Of a DNA stretch of 54,499 bases, positions 20,113 through 30,916 are shown one piece after another. Origin of the DNA: Pseudomonadota bacterium (GTDB taxonomy: Bacteria > Bdellovibrionota_F > JAHFAK01 > JBDREC01). The stretch covers positions 1-54,499 of the forward strand of contig JBDREC010000042.1 of NCBI GenBank assembly GCA_043820105.1, in the 5' to 3' direction. The first letter of the stretch is position 1. Each line of letters begins with the position of its first letter. The notes under the pieces were generated by a model that was not told the DNA's origin, did no database searches, and saw only the letters and a program-made list of their open reading frames with translations. Made by a program: the position numbers and the translations under genes.

Positions 20113-21141
20113 TTAGGTTGTAACCTTTTTGAGTAAGTTAATATTTGAAAGAACTTCTCCACATCCCTTAACAACCGAAAGTAAGGGCTCTTCAGCACGA
20201 AACACTGGGATTTTTATTTCTTCGCGAATTAATGCATCAAAGTTTCTTAATAAGCATGCTCCACCTGTTAAAACAACCCCTCTTTCAACAATATCTCCAG
20301 AAAGTTCTGGCGGCGTCTTCTCCAGAGCAAGTCTAATTGTTTCTACTATTTGATGTATTGGTTCATATAAAGCGTCATTTATTTCTTTGGAATTAACAAT
20401 AAATTGTTTTGGAATTCCACTAACAAGGTCATTGCCCTTAATCGCGAGCTCTTTTCTATTTTCATCTTCTAAGGCTGAACCAATTTCCATTTTAACTTTT
20501 TCAGCTGTTTTATCACCAATTAACATATTATATTTTCTTTTAATGTAATTGATAATAGCTTCATCCATTTTATCTCCACCAACCCGAATTGACCTTGAGT
20601 GAACAATTCCAGCAAGAGAAATCACCGCAACTTCAGTTGTTCCACCGCCAATATCCACTACCATATTGCCACCAGGTTCAGCAATTGGCAAATTTGAACC
20701 TATTGCAGCGGCCATAGGTTCTTCAATTAAAAATGTTTCGCGAGATCCGGCTGTTTCCGCAGACTCTCTAACAGCTCTTCTTTCTACTTCAGTAATTCCA
20801 AAGGGAATACAAATAACTATTCTAGGACGAATAAATGAACCCCTATTGTGAGCCTTTCTAATAAAATGTTTAAGCATAACTTGAGTGATTTCGAAATCAG
20901 CGATTACACCATCTTTCATTGGCCTAATAGCGCTAATATTGGGGGGAGTCTTGCCTATCATTTCTTTGGCTTCAGTACCAACTGCTATCACCTTTCTTGT
21001 TGAGTTGTCAAAAGTTCTTATGGCAACCACAGAAGGTTCATTGATAATAATTCCCCTGCCTTTAGCGTACACTAAAGTATTTGCGGTTCCGAGATCTATA
21101 GCAAGATCATTTGAAAAATATCCAATAATTCTTTTAAACAT
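20113..21141 (-). CDS. mreB: Rod shape-determining protein MreB
   Basis: [37 protein letters not shown] and TPPELSGDI motifs. Confidence 0.97.
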   Translation of the reverse strand: MFKRIIGYFSNDLAIDLGTANTLVYAKGRGIIINEPSVVAIRTFDNSTRKVIAVGTEAKEMIGKTPPNISAIRPMKDGVIADFEITQVMLKHFIRKAHNRGSFIRPRIVICIPFGITEVERRAVRESAETAGSRETFLIEEPMAAAIGSNLPIAEPGGNMVVDIGGGTTEVAVISLAGIVHSRSIRVGGDKMDEAIINYIKRKYNMLIGDKTAEKVKMEIGSALEDENRKELAIKGNDLVSGIPKQFIVNSKEINDALYEPIHQIVETIRLALEKTPPELSGDIVERGVVLTGGACLLRNFDALIREEIKIPVFRAEEPLLSVVKGCGEVLSNINLLKKVTT

Positions 21142-21155
21142 ATTTTTTTCTTTGC

Positions 21156-22796
21156 CTAAATTGTTGGTCCTACTCCTGGAGGTGTTAGCCCTTGAAGTAA
21201 GCCTAAAATTGTGTTTTGAATTTCTAACATAACTTGATTATCTTTAAATTTAGAATTTTTATAAGCCTTTCCCTGGTATGAAATTCTTCTTCCAAATTTA
21301 TCATAAGTAATTGTAGCTTCACCACAGTCTTTTTTGGTCATTTGAGTAGGTTTGCCAAAATAATTATAAGTAAAACTTATTTCATTACCTGTATTATCTG
21401 AAATATAAGCTGGTTTTCCCCTATTATTATACTTCATGGTAATTTTTTTACCTTTGTTTGTTTTTGACTGAATTATATTTCCGAGCTTGTCATATTCTAA
21501 AGCAGTAACAGTACCATCGCTTTGAGTAATTGACTTCATTTGATTGAATTTCTTTTCATATGTAAATTCTATTACATCTCCGCTGGAGTTTGTTTTCCTA
21601 ATAAGATTATTTTCTTTGTCATATTCAAAATATTCTGCTTGTCCTTTTTCATTGGTAATAGACATTGGCTTATTACAACAAGGGGTATTCATTACGGTTC
21701 GGTTTGTACCATCATTTGTTGTTTCAACTATTTTATATTGATCTTTATAAAAGTCATATTTACGCCAAGTTCCATTATAATAACTAGTCTTTACCCAATG
21801 ATGAAATTTATTATTTTTATCTTCCTTGCGTTCATATGTTGTAACACTGCCCGTAGTATCAATTTGCTTTCCTATCCAACCTTTTTTATTGTAATAATTC
21901 TTTAATTTTTTACCATCAGGATAAGTAATTTCAACAATATTATTTGTTCTGTCTTCATAGTTGTACCTTGTAACTTTACCATCTGAATCTTTATATCCTA
22001 TCATCCTATCTTTTTTATCATAAGTATACTGAAATTTTCTATTAAAAGGATCAGTGATTTTTGATATTTTTCCACGCTTATTATAATCAAGTCTCATCTT
22101 TCGTCCGCAAGAGTCAGAAACATATTTAAGTTGTCCGTTAATATGCTGCATAGTAATTGCATTGCCATTTCTATCAACTACTTTTACAATAAGCCCATCT
22201 TTGTTAAAATAATCTTTGCGACCGTTTTGTAATATCCTCACATATGAACCATTATCTAATTTTTGCAGAACAGCATAACCTCGATCATAGGATTCATATT
22301 TGCCCGCTTTTGTTTGAGCTGATGACTTAATATATTTCGCCTTCATTTCTTTATAAAGCTCGTCATCTTTAACAAGCTTTGTATAGAGTTCTTTATAATA
22401 ATTTGTACTTTTTTTAATACTCTTTCCCTCAAGCTCCTTTTTACGAAGAAGCATTATTTTTTTGGCACTATTTTTTCTGTATTTTTCACCTTCCCCAAAA
22501 GGCACAAATTCATTTGTTCTTCCATCCATTTCTAAAATTTCAATGCTGTCTCCTCGTTCATATAGCCTAACATCATAATTAAAGGTCCAGCTCTTACCAA
22601 ATGGACCATTATATCCAATAAAACTTGAAAAGGTCCTGAAAACTTCCAAAGGATTGCTATAACAAGGTATTGAAAAATCCTCAAACTGTTCAATATAGTT
22701 TAAGGTTTTTTTATTAACAATTGCACTTGCTAATGTGAAAGAACAAATAAAAGTTAGTAAAATAATAAATATTACAAATAGTTTTTTATCCTTCAT
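21156..22796 (-). CDS. Secreted YD/RHS-repeat protein without toxin C-terminus (Bd0109-like)
   Basis: Likely start ATG 22796 with upstream AAGGGA. Signal peptide, DUF6531-like GPFGKSW motif, many YD repeats; no RHS core/DPxG motif. Confidence 0.8.
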   Translation of the reverse strand: MKDKKLFVIFIILLTFICSFTLASAIVNKKTLNYIEQFEDFSIPCYSNPLEVFRTFSSFIGYNGPFGKSWTFNYDVRLYERGDSIEILEMDGRTNEFVPFGEGEKYRKNSAKKIMLLRKKELEGKSIKKSTNYYKELYTKLVKDDELYKEMKAKYIKSSAQTKAGKYESYDRGYAVLQKLDNGSYVRILQNGRKDYFNKDGLIVKVVDRNGNAITMQHINGQLKYVSDSCGRKMRLDYNKRGKISKITDPFNRKFQYTYDKKDRMIGYKDSDGKVTRYNYEDRTNNIVEITYPDGKKLKNYYNKKGWIGKQIDTTGSVTTYERKEDKNNKFHHWVKTSYYNGTWRKYDFYKDQYKIVETTNDGTNRTVMNTPCCNKPMSITNEKGQAEYFEYDKENNLIRKTNSSGDVIEFTYEKKFNQMKSITQSDGTVTALEYDKLGNIIQSKTNKGKKITMKYNNRGKPAYISDNTGNEISFTYNYFGKPTQMTKKDCGEATITYDKFGRRISYQGKAYKNSKFKDNQVMLEIQNTILGLLQGLTPPGVGPTI

Positions 22797-22985
22797 ATCA
22801 AAATCCCTTATTTTATTTATAAAAATCGAGTTATATCTTATACTCAGGTCAAATAAAATGTCCAATTATTTTTCATTAATTTGATTTTGCATTGACTATT
22901 AATATAGTGTAAAGCATTATTTTAAAAATTGAAAACACTTCGATTTTATTGTATAATAGAGACAGTAGGTTAGTTAGAGGAAAGC

Positions 22986-23753
22986 ATGTACCCAATCATA
23001 TTAGATTTACCAGGAAAATTAAGTATAAATTCATATGGTCTAATGCTTGCAATAGGTTTTTTTATTGGAATTCAACTAGCTCTTGCTAGGGCAAAAAAAG
23101 AAAATGTTGATCCTGCCTTTATATTATCTCTTACTTTTTGGATTTTTATTGCAGCTATTGTTGGCTCCAGAATGTTACATGTATTTGCTGAAGATTTGGA
23201 TAAATATATAGCTAATCCTATTAAAGTGTTTTATTTATGGGAAGGTGGCTATGCATTTTATGGCGGATTTTTAGCCTCTTTCCTTGTATTATTTGTTTTT
23301 TGCATAAAAAACAAAATGAAAATATTAAAAATTACTGACATGCTAGCTCCATCAGTTGCAATAGGCCTTGCCTATGGCAGAATGGGTTGTTTTTTAGCTG
23401 GATGCTGTTATGGTCAGGAAAGCAATTCAATATTTTCAGTAACTTTTCCTATTCAAACTCTTGGTAAAGCATCAGTCCCTCTACTTCCCACTCAAACAAT
23501 ATCATCACTAAATGCAGCGATTATATTCTTAATATTAACGTATTTTTATAATAAGAAAAAATTTCATGGTCAGATCTTTTTTCTCTTTATTATTCTCTAT
23601 TCCATTAGTAGATCAACTATAGAATTTTTTAGAGACGATCATAGAGGTTTATTTTTCAATGGCCTGATTTCAACTTCTCAACTGATTAGTATTGGATTAA
23701 TTGTAATATTAATGACATATTGGGGATATAAAAAGTATAGCACAAAATCTTAA
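22986..23753 (+). CDS. lgt: Prolipoprotein diacylglyceryl transferase
   Basis: YGLM, WEGGYAFYGG, GRMGCFLAGCCYG, PTQ and IEFFR motifs. Confidence 0.95.
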   Translation: MYPIILDLPGKLSINSYGLMLAIGFFIGIQLALARAKKENVDPAFILSLTFWIFIAAIVGSRMLHVFAEDLDKYIANPIKVFYLWEGGYAFYGGFLASFLVLFVFCIKNKMKILKITDMLAPSVAIGLAYGRMGCFLAGCCYGQESNSIFSVTFPIQTLGKASVPLLPTQTISSLNAAIIFLILTYFYNKKKFHGQIFFLFIILYSISRSTIEFFRDDHRGLFFNGLISTSQLISIGLIVILMTYWGYKKYSTKS

Positions 23754-23774
23754 CTAGAAATTTCTTTTAATTAA

Positions 23775-26642
23775 TTATAAATAACTAATTTTATCGCTTT
23801 TATTAGAAGACCTTTGCATTTCTTCTTTTTTCTGATCGTTTTTCACTTTCCCTTTTCTTCCTAAATCGAAACTAAGTTTACCATCATCTAATAAAGAAAC
23901 CTTAAACTCCATACTTGGGTAAAGAATTTTACTAATCTCTGCATTCAAATTAGATAATTTTACTTTGATATCATCAGAACTGACATGGAAATCAGATGGA
24001 TCTAATTTAATATTAAGTCGGGAAGCATCTTTGGGCAGTGAATTCTCATCACCAATAAAAGAATCAGCTGCTAAATTATAGTCTTTCTGGATGAAACTAT
24101 CTTGTGGTTTGCAAGTCTGAAAGGCACTTTGAATGCTATTTAAGCGGTCTTTTAGATTTTGATCGCCAGGATAAGCATCTAAATATTTATCAATAAGTTC
24201 TTTTGCTTCTATAAACATTGATTGTGCAATGAAAAAATCAATTTCTGAGAGCTCTGAATTACTCAAACTTTTAGTTGATTGTTCTGCTGGCACAGCAGGT
24301 GCCTGTGCTGGGATTTCCCTTTTTTCCTCAAGCAAGACTTCTTCATATTTATTTTCAATAGGTAGGGCTATATCTTTCAGGCCCTCAAGATCTGCAGAGG
24401 ATTCATCAAGGTTTTGGGTTTCAATAACTTCATCAATAAAAATTTCCTCGCTAAGCTCTTCGGATACTGATTCTAGCGGTTCATTTATTATTTCGTCTTT
24501 AATTTCTTCGGATTCACTTTCTAAAAGCTCAGTGCCTTGATCAGCATCAGGTAATTCAATATCAATATCATCATTTGAAATACCTAAATCATCAGAAATT
24601 GAATCAAGGGTTAAGTCTTCTGAATCTAATATATCACCACCCGTAACATCAAGGTCAACAGCAGTAGTATCTTTAGAAATAAAAACTTCATCATCTTCTT
24701 CTATCTTTGGTTCTTCTTTATCTGAAACAACTTTATCAAGCTCTGCATCTATATCTAATTCATCAAGTTCATCATTAGAACCCAAATTAAAATCATCAAA
24801 TCCCTCAAGTGATAAAACGTCATTTTGGGGTTGACCAGGTTCAGCTGAAATAGGATCATCTCCAAAATCTATACCTGTTTCTTTTAAAATATCTTCATCT
24901 ATATTTAAAGAATCGTTCGGGGTTTCATTTGCATCTGGCAAGGCTTCTTCTTTTATTTCTGCATCTACTTCTTGACCTCCAAAGCTCTCACCCAGATCTG
25001 AATCGAGCGACTCAATGTCAGAAGCAATTGATTCTATACCTTGAGCGTCTTCTTTGATATCAGAATCAAACGAAGAAGCATCTAAATCAATGCTATCGAG
25101 ATCAATATCATCAGAAGCAGGTCTCTGCTCTCGCTCTATAACTTTTGTACCAGGATACGTATCTTCTTCGTCTAAATCACCAATATCAATTTCTTTTGTT
25201 CCTGTTACCTCCTCAGAATTATGTTCTTCGCTTTTTTCAATAAGCTCAGAATTGAGGTCTCCAAGATCAAGTTCGCTAACTTCACCAACAGCAATATCAG
25301 CTTGAATTTCTTCGGATCCAACCTCTTGTTCGAGAACATCATCACTAACAGCGGAATCTTCAGTAGAAATAACCTCTAAACGACTTTGGGCTTCTGTGTT
25401 TTCAGCATCAATAGACAGAACTTCATTTAAATATTGTTTTTCTCTTGTTTTATCTTTTTTCTTTTGACAAATATTAGCACAAGCCAATAATTCGGCAACA
25501 GCGCTTTCAGTATTATTTTGCTTTAAATAAATATCTTTTAATTTTGCTCTGGCGATCAGGTTATCGCTATCTTCTTTTAAGACCTTATCAATTTGGTTAA
25601 TAGCCTTCGGCAACAGACCATATTTAATGAAAACATCTGCTTCTGTTAAAAACTTTGAGATACTGGAAACAGTTGATGTTTCATCTGCGTATATCGCATC
25701 TACCTGACCAGCTTCCATTTGCTGGTCTGATTCTCCAGTAAAACTTGAAACTCCAGATATAGAAGAGGAAACATCTGTATTTCCTGTTAATTCAGCTATT
25801 TTTTGTGCAACTTCATGTGCTTTTTGATCCACCTTTTCTCTCAGATAAGTAGCCTGCAATTCTTCAAGCACAGAAACGGCTTTGTCATTTTCATGTTCTT
25901 GAATAAATGTCTGTGCTAATAGTTCCATAATGCCAGCATCTTCAGGATTTGTTTTATAGGCAACCTGCAATTTCATTAAAGCTTTTTTTGCCTCATCATT
26001 TCTTAAATAAACGGTACATAAGTCTTTTAATATTTCAGCGTCATTAGAATCTAAGCTATGAAGTTTTTCAAGAATCCTAACCAGTTCTTCATCATCACCT
26101 TTTTCTTTTAAAGCAACAACCAGTGTTTTCAGCTCATCAATAGCCTGATCAGTATAACCACCCTGCTGATACATATCAGCTAACTTAATTTTGCCTTGAA
26201 TATTATCAGGGTTCAAGTTCGCTATTTTTTTATAGAGGCCAAGGGATTCTTCTTTCTTTCCCTTTTGTTCATATTCTTCTGCTACAATATTATAATTTTG
26301 TATGGCATCACTAACAAGACCTAGTTGATGAAAGAGATCAGCAAGTTTTAAAAATATATCCGCATTATCTTCTTTTTTTATTTTCAGAATCTGTTTATAT
26401 ACAGCAATAGCTTTAAGATAAAAACCATCGTTAGTATAATAATTTGCCACAGACTGATAGGTTTCAATTGCTTCACTAATAAGATCTCTTTTAGAATAAA
26501 GATCACCTAATTTCAGCAATGTTCGAACATCCTTTGGGTCATCTTCAATAATTTTTGAATATTCTTTTATCGCTTTTTTTAACTGCCCCTTTTGAACAAA
26601 TTTTTGAGCACTTTTTAAAATTTTATTTCTATTTATTGCCAC
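23775..26642 (-). CDS. Large TPR protein with acidic linker, SgmX-like
   Basis: N-terminal TPR array (AQKFVQKGQLKKAIKEY..., GFYLKAIAVYKQIL), long D/E-rich linker, C-terminal KISYL; lies at the end of the pil operon. Confidence 0.75.
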   Translation of the reverse strand: MAINRNKILKSAQKFVQKGQLKKAIKEYSKIIEDDPKDVRTLLKLGDLYSKRDLISEAIETYQSVANYYTNDGFYLKAIAVYKQILKIKKEDNADIFLKLADLFHQLGLVSDAIQNYNIVAEEYEQKGKKEESLGLYKKIANLNPDNIQGKIKLADMYQQGGYTDQAIDELKTLVVALKEKGDDEELVRILEKLHSLDSNDAEILKDLCTVYLRNDEAKKALMKLQVAYKTNPEDAGIMELLAQTFIQEHENDKAVSVLEELQATYLREKVDQKAHEVAQKIAELTGNTDVSSSISGVSSFTGESDQQMEAGQVDAIYADETSTVSSISKFLTEADVFIKYGLLPKAINQIDKVLKEDSDNLIARAKLKDIYLKQNNTESAVAELLACANICQKKKDKTREKQYLNEVLSIDAENTEAQSRLEVISTEDSAVSDDVLEQEVGSEEIQADIAVGEVSELDLGDLNSELIEKSEEHNSEEVTGTKEIDIGDLDEEDTYPGTKVIEREQRPASDDIDLDSIDLDASSFDSDIKEDAQGIESIASDIESLDSDLGESFGGQEVDAEIKEEALPDANETPNDSLNIDEDILKETGIDFGDDPISAEPGQPQNDVLSLEGFDDFNLGSNDELDELDIDAELDKVVSDKEEPKIEEDDEVFISKDTTAVDLDVTGGDILDSEDLTLDSISDDLGISNDDIDIELPDADQGTELLESESEEIKDEIINEPLESVSEELSEEIFIDEVIETQNLDESSADLEGLKDIALPIENKYEEVLLEEKREIPAQAPAVPAEQSTKSLSNSELSEIDFFIAQSMFIEAKELIDKYLDAYPGDQNLKDRLNSIQSAFQTCKPQDSFIQKDYNLAADSFIGDENSLPKDASRLNIKLDPSDFHVSSDDIKVKLSNLNAEISKILYPSMEFKVSLLDDGKLSFDLGRKGKVKNDQKKEEMQRSSNKSDKISYL

Positions 26643-26645
26643 TTT

Positions 26646-27179
26646 TTAACCTTTATAAAACATTTCTGAAAAATCTTTTAGAAACAATATTTTTCTGAGC
26701 TTATCCATTTTTGATAAAACCTTTTCTCCATTTTTTCTTTTAAGAGCATTTTTATATATTTTAAAGGACTTTTCATAATTACCTTGTTTTAGTAAAAGAT
26801 CAGCGTATGTTTCTGTATAAAAATTTTCTTTTACAATATCGCTTTTCTTTTCAATTTGGGCAATTTCAGGATCTATTGGATTTAATGTTTTTAGGGTTTG
26901 AATTATTTTTTCTGCTTCTTCAATTTCTCTTAGACGAATATGAGCCTGACATAAAAGTTTCATTGCACTATAATTGTCTGGCATTAAGTCCAGGACATGT
27001 TTGCAGTTTGTTTTCACTTGCTTATATTTTTCAAGTTCAAAATATACCTTAGCTAAGGTGAAAAACAAGGTTTCGTCTTTTGGTAAGTCTTTAATTCCAT
27101 CTTCGCAAATATTAATAGCCTTTTGAAAATTACCCTCAGAAATGTAGTTATGGGCCATAGTTGTAATATCTTTTTGCAT
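26646..27179 (-). CDS. TPR protein
   Basis: Several TPR-like helical repeats; TETYADLLLKQG motif. Confidence 0.75.
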   Translation of the reverse strand: MQKDITTMAHNYISEGNFQKAINICEDGIKDLPKDETLFFTLAKVYFELEKYKQVKTNCKHVLDLMPDNYSAMKLLCQAHIRLREIEEAEKIIQTLKTLNPIDPEIAQIEKKSDIVKENFYTETYADLLLKQGNYEKSFKIYKNALKRKNGEKVLSKMDKLRKILFLKDFSEMFYKG

Positions 27180-27200
27180 TTTTTTCTCTTTCTAAATAAA

Positions 27201-27677
27201 TTACTCAACAGTAAAGCTAAAGGCAGACACTCCGCCAATAGTACCTGTTTTAACCGCAACATTAAAAGCAATATCAGCTAAAATACTATCTAAATGTTTA
27301 ATTCTAACAAAAAAATCATACTTTCCATATTTATCAGTAGTAACTGAACATGGGGACGGGCAAACAGTTTCACCGTCTGTTTTTAAAAATTGCACATTCT
27401 CTCTATCAGCACCAGAAACAAAAGACTGCCCATAGGCTGCGTTTGAGCTAATCTCAATATTCACTTCACTAATAGGCATGTCATCTGCATCGAAAACATA
27501 GGCTCTTAAAGGAAAATCAACGGTTGTGTCATCATCGGAATCATTATAAGTTCCTACCTCAAGGGATATATTGTCTGGAATCACTTCAATTGTACTGGTC
27601 TGCAAATCAATTGTACCACAGCCTATAAAAGTTAGTATAAATAAAATAGTCACAAATAAGTTTATCTTTTTTTCCAT
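27201..27677 (-). CDS. Hypothetical lipoprotein, beta-rich/Ig-like
   Basis: Lipobox FIGC; TTDKYG motif shared with the neighbouring gene. Confidence 0.65.
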   Translation of the reverse strand: MEKKINLFVTILFILTFIGCGTIDLQTSTIEVIPDNISLEVGTYNDSDDDTTVDFPLRAYVFDADDMPISEVNIEISSNAAYGQSFVSGADRENVQFLKTDGETVCPSPCSVTTDKYGKYDFFVRIKHLDSILADIAFNVAVKTGTIGGVSAFSFTVE

Positions 27678-27681
27678 AAAA

Positions 27682-28152
27682 CTATTCCGTTGTTACTGAA
27701 ATTGTATATGTTAAGGTTGTTCTTCCTGCTATAAAATAACAAAAAGCTTCATAATCTCCTCCAAGAGGAACAAGCAGTGCAAATTTAAATATTCCTTCGG
27801 AATCAGTGGTAAGTGTAAAATAATTACCAGTTAAGGCAATTCTTGTTGAGTTGTCTAATTTATCAAAGGCTTGTAAGGCATATGTATTGTCAGCAACCAG
27901 GTTAACACCATTTTGCGGCATTCCCACAAGAATCTCAACATTATTTATTGGAATTGTATCTCCTGCATTGTTTACACGAGTTACTAAACCGCTTACTTCT
28001 GTTTCAACATGGCTTTCTGTAGATCCTCCATCAAGTGAAATAGTATCTGGATATAAATTTGTAATTTCTATATCTATAGGGATTAATTCACCACATGAAA
28101 TAATCATAGCTAATAAACAAAATAATATTATAGTAAATATTCTAAATAACAT
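27682..28152 (-). CDS. Hypothetical lipoprotein, beta-rich/Ig-like
   Basis: Lipobox IISC; start overlaps the pilQ stop; TTDSEG motif. Confidence 0.65.
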   Translation of the reverse strand: MLFRIFTIILFCLLAMIISCGELIPIDIEITNLYPDTISLDGGSTESHVETEVSGLVTRVNNAGDTIPINNVEILVGMPQNGVNLVADNTYALQAFDKLDNSTRIALTGNYFTLTTDSEGIFKFALLVPLGGDYEAFCYFIAGRTTLTYTISVTTE

Positions 28153-30803
28153 TAAACATCACCTTTAATATTGGCTAATATTCTTGGAGTTATAAAAATT
28201 AATAGCTCTCTTCTGTTTCTAACTTTTTGAACATTTTTGAAAAGCCATCCAAGAACTGGAATATGAGAAAGCACAGGAATTCCTTCATGACTCTCTGTTT
28301 CTTGAACGATATATATTCCACCAATTACAGTAGTGTTTCCACTTTTTACTAAAAGTTGCGTTTGAGCTGAATTGGTTGTAATTGATGGATTACCCTGAAC
28401 TAAATTAGAATAATCCGGAGCATTTCTAGAGGCATTAATTTCCATAATTACTGATGCATCATCTGTAACCCTTGGTGTAATCTGCAAAGAAGTTGTAGCA
28501 CTTTGAAGCGCAACACTCATGCCCGATTGAGGAGAAGATGTAACCATGGGAATAGAGGTTCCTGTTGTAATTGTAGCTGATTGATTATCTAAAACAGTAA
28601 TTTTAGGGCTTGAAATAGTCTTTCCTTCACCCCAATTCTCAAGGGTTGCAATACGAAGATCTAAATCTACAAGTCCATTTATACTACCCAGGGACAAGGT
28701 ACCTGCAATGTTGCCTCCAGTGGGTAAATTCACAAATGTATTTGGTATTGCAGATTGAGCATCATGAGTACCAGCTAAATTTATATTATTTGGAAAAAAT
28801 ATTCCAAGAGGAGAGCCTCTTCCTGAATCAAAGTTTAAAGCACCGCCCCATTGGATACCAAGAGCCTTTGAAAAGGAGGTCGTGGCTTCAACAATTCTTG
28901 CTTCAATTGAAACCTGTTTTGTCTGAGTATCTAACTCCTGTATAATCTTTAAGGCTTGTCGAATATTTTCTTCTGTATCTCTTAAAATTATACTATTAGT
29001 TCTTGCATCAACAGCCACTTTGGCTCCAGCAACAATAGTACCACCTTCAGCTGCAATAACATCTGTTAATAATTCTTTTAGCTTATCTGAAATATCCGCT
29101 GCTAGTGCATAGTTTATAGCAACCATAAGAGTTTGAAGTGGCTCTTGCGCTTTTTTCTTTTTTAAGGCCAGCAGTGCTCCTTCTCTTTCTGCCTCGAGTG
29201 TTGATTTTGGTGCTATCCTAAGAATATTGTCGCCTATCCTAATTAAGCCCAAATTTTTTGCTTCCAGTACAAGCTCTAAAACTTGAACCCAGGGAACATC
29301 TGTTAGCTGCAAAGTTAACTCTCCCTGGACATCATCAGCTACTAAAATATTATACTTACTAACATCAGCAAGAAGATAAAATACTTCTTGAACATCTGTT
29401 TTTTGGAAGTTAACGCTAATTCTTTGCTTTGAATATTTTTCTCTAAGTTTTGAAAGAAAAACATTTGTGCTAAAATATTTTTCTTGAATTTGCTTTTCTT
29501 CGCTTGTTGGTTGTTTTTCCAGATCTTTTACTGCGATTGCTACACCTTCTGATGTAATAATTTGACCGTCCATATTTTCATATTGATTTTTAACATCTTT
29601 TTCTGAAACCTGTGCAACTTCAACTTCTTGGCCATCTGATTTTGCATATGAACTAATATCAAAATCAATCACATAATTATACCCATCTTTTCTAATATTA
29701 TAAGGAAGTTTTTTATCCCAGCTTATTGCAACTTTTGTAAATTTTTGATCATCCTTTTCTATTTCTCTTAGCTCAATCTTTTTAATAGGAGATTCAAATC
29801 CACTTGTATCTATAAGTCTTTCGACATTTTGAGCAATCTGTGCCTTTTCAAGCTCAAAAACCAATTCTTCATCATATTCAAAAGACTGATAGTTAGAAAG
29901 TTGATCAACATTTAATACAATCCTGGATTTACCATCTAATTGAATAAAATTAATTGAATCTACTGATGCAAAACCTTTTCCGTATAAGGCTGGGGCTAAA
30001 TCGTCCTTACTAAAAGAAACCACAAGCTCTGAAGCATTCGCTTGAACTTTGTAAGGTGTATTCCGTTTTAAATCAAAAACAAATCTTAATAAATTTTTAT
30101 GTTCACCAATCCGAACTTTTTGAAGTGCTCCAACAAAAATGTTAAGAGTATTTCTGTCTAATCGATTTATCGCTTTTTTCACATCTAATACAATTCTATC
30201 AGGAGATGTAAGTTTAAAATCTTCAAAATCCTTAATATCACCATTTGCACTAATTACAACGTTAAGTTGTTTTTCATTTTGGATAACTTTAATATCTTTA
30301 ATTTCACTAACAAGATCTTTCTTTGGTTCTTCAGAGATCTTTGGTTTTTCAATATCTTTTGCTTTATCATTAAGACTTTTATCTTTAATAACAACAATTG
30401 AAAGTCTACTTTGAAAAGGCAGAACTTTAAATTCAACTTTTGTTGCAAAAGTTAAAATAAGCCGAGTCATGGAACCTGTATTACTATCTATTTGCTTAAG
30501 ATAAACATTGGACACTTCTTTAATTGTATCAGGAACAGGAGTAAGCTCGGCAGTTGATTTAGTATCCGGAAAGTCTACTACAACGCGAAAGGGATTTTGA
30601 AGTTGGAAGACATTGTATGTCAAGGCTTGCTTTGCTTTGATGAAAAATTGCACCTTATCATTTGCATCAAGAATTTTTAAAGATGATATTTCATTAAAAG
30701 ATTCTGCGCCTTGCCCAAATAAATTTAGGGAAAGTAAGATCATAATAATAATTATCGTATAAAATACCTTTTTCATTTCTTTTTTTCCATTAAAACAAGT
30801 CAT
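28152..30803 (-). CDS. pilQ: Type IVa pilus secretin PilQ with AMIN domains
   Basis: AMIN motifs (NPFRVVVDF, SPDRIVLDV) and secretin motifs VDARTNS, QVSIEARIVEA, GIPVLSHIPVLGWLF, ELLIFITPRI. Real start may be 30776. Confidence 0.95.
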   Translation of the reverse strand: MTCFNGKKEMKKVFYTIIIIMILLSLNLFGQGAESFNEISSLKILDANDKVQFFIKAKQALTYNVFQLQNPFRVVVDFPDTKSTAELTPVPDTIKEVSNVYLKQIDSNTGSMTRLILTFATKVEFKVLPFQSRLSIVVIKDKSLNDKAKDIEKPKISEEPKKDLVSEIKDIKVIQNEKQLNVVISANGDIKDFEDFKLTSPDRIVLDVKKAINRLDRNTLNIFVGALQKVRIGEHKNLLRFVFDLKRNTPYKVQANASELVVSFSKDDLAPALYGKGFASVDSINFIQLDGKSRIVLNVDQLSNYQSFEYDEELVFELEKAQIAQNVERLIDTSGFESPIKKIELREIEKDDQKFTKVAISWDKKLPYNIRKDGYNYVIDFDISSYAKSDGQEVEVAQVSEKDVKNQYENMDGQIITSEGVAIAVKDLEKQPTSEEKQIQEKYFSTNVFLSKLREKYSKQRISVNFQKTDVQEVFYLLADVSKYNILVADDVQGELTLQLTDVPWVQVLELVLEAKNLGLIRIGDNILRIAPKSTLEAEREGALLALKKKKAQEPLQTLMVAINYALAADISDKLKELLTDVIAAEGGTIVAGAKVAVDARTNSIILRDTEENIRQALKIIQELDTQTKQVSIEARIVEATTSFSKALGIQWGGALNFDSGRGSPLGIFFPNNINLAGTHDAQSAIPNTFVNLPTGGNIAGTLSLGSINGLVDLDLRIATLENWGEGKTISSPKITVLDNQSATITTGTSIPMVTSSPQSGMSVALQSATTSLQITPRVTDDASVIMEINASRNAPDYSNLVQGNPSITTNSAQTQLLVKSGNTTVIGGIYIVQETESHEGIPVLSHIPVLGWLFKNVQKVRNRRELLIFITPRILANIKGDV

Positions 30804-30830
30804 AAATTGCTATTGGTAACTCATAAAAAT

Positions 30831-30897
30831 ACTTACGACTTACCACTTACGACTTACGACTTACCACTTACCACTTACCACTTACCACTACCACTTA
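30831..30897. repeat. Heptamer tandem array (ACTTACS)x~9
   Basis: Mixed ACTTACG/ACTTACC units between pilP and pilQ. Confidence 0.95.
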
Positions 30898-30916
30898 TTA
30901 ATATAAATATCAAAAT

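Noticed and set aside
21156-22865. RHS polymorphic toxin system
   Set aside because: No RHS core, DPxG cleavage motif, toxin domain or immunity gene.
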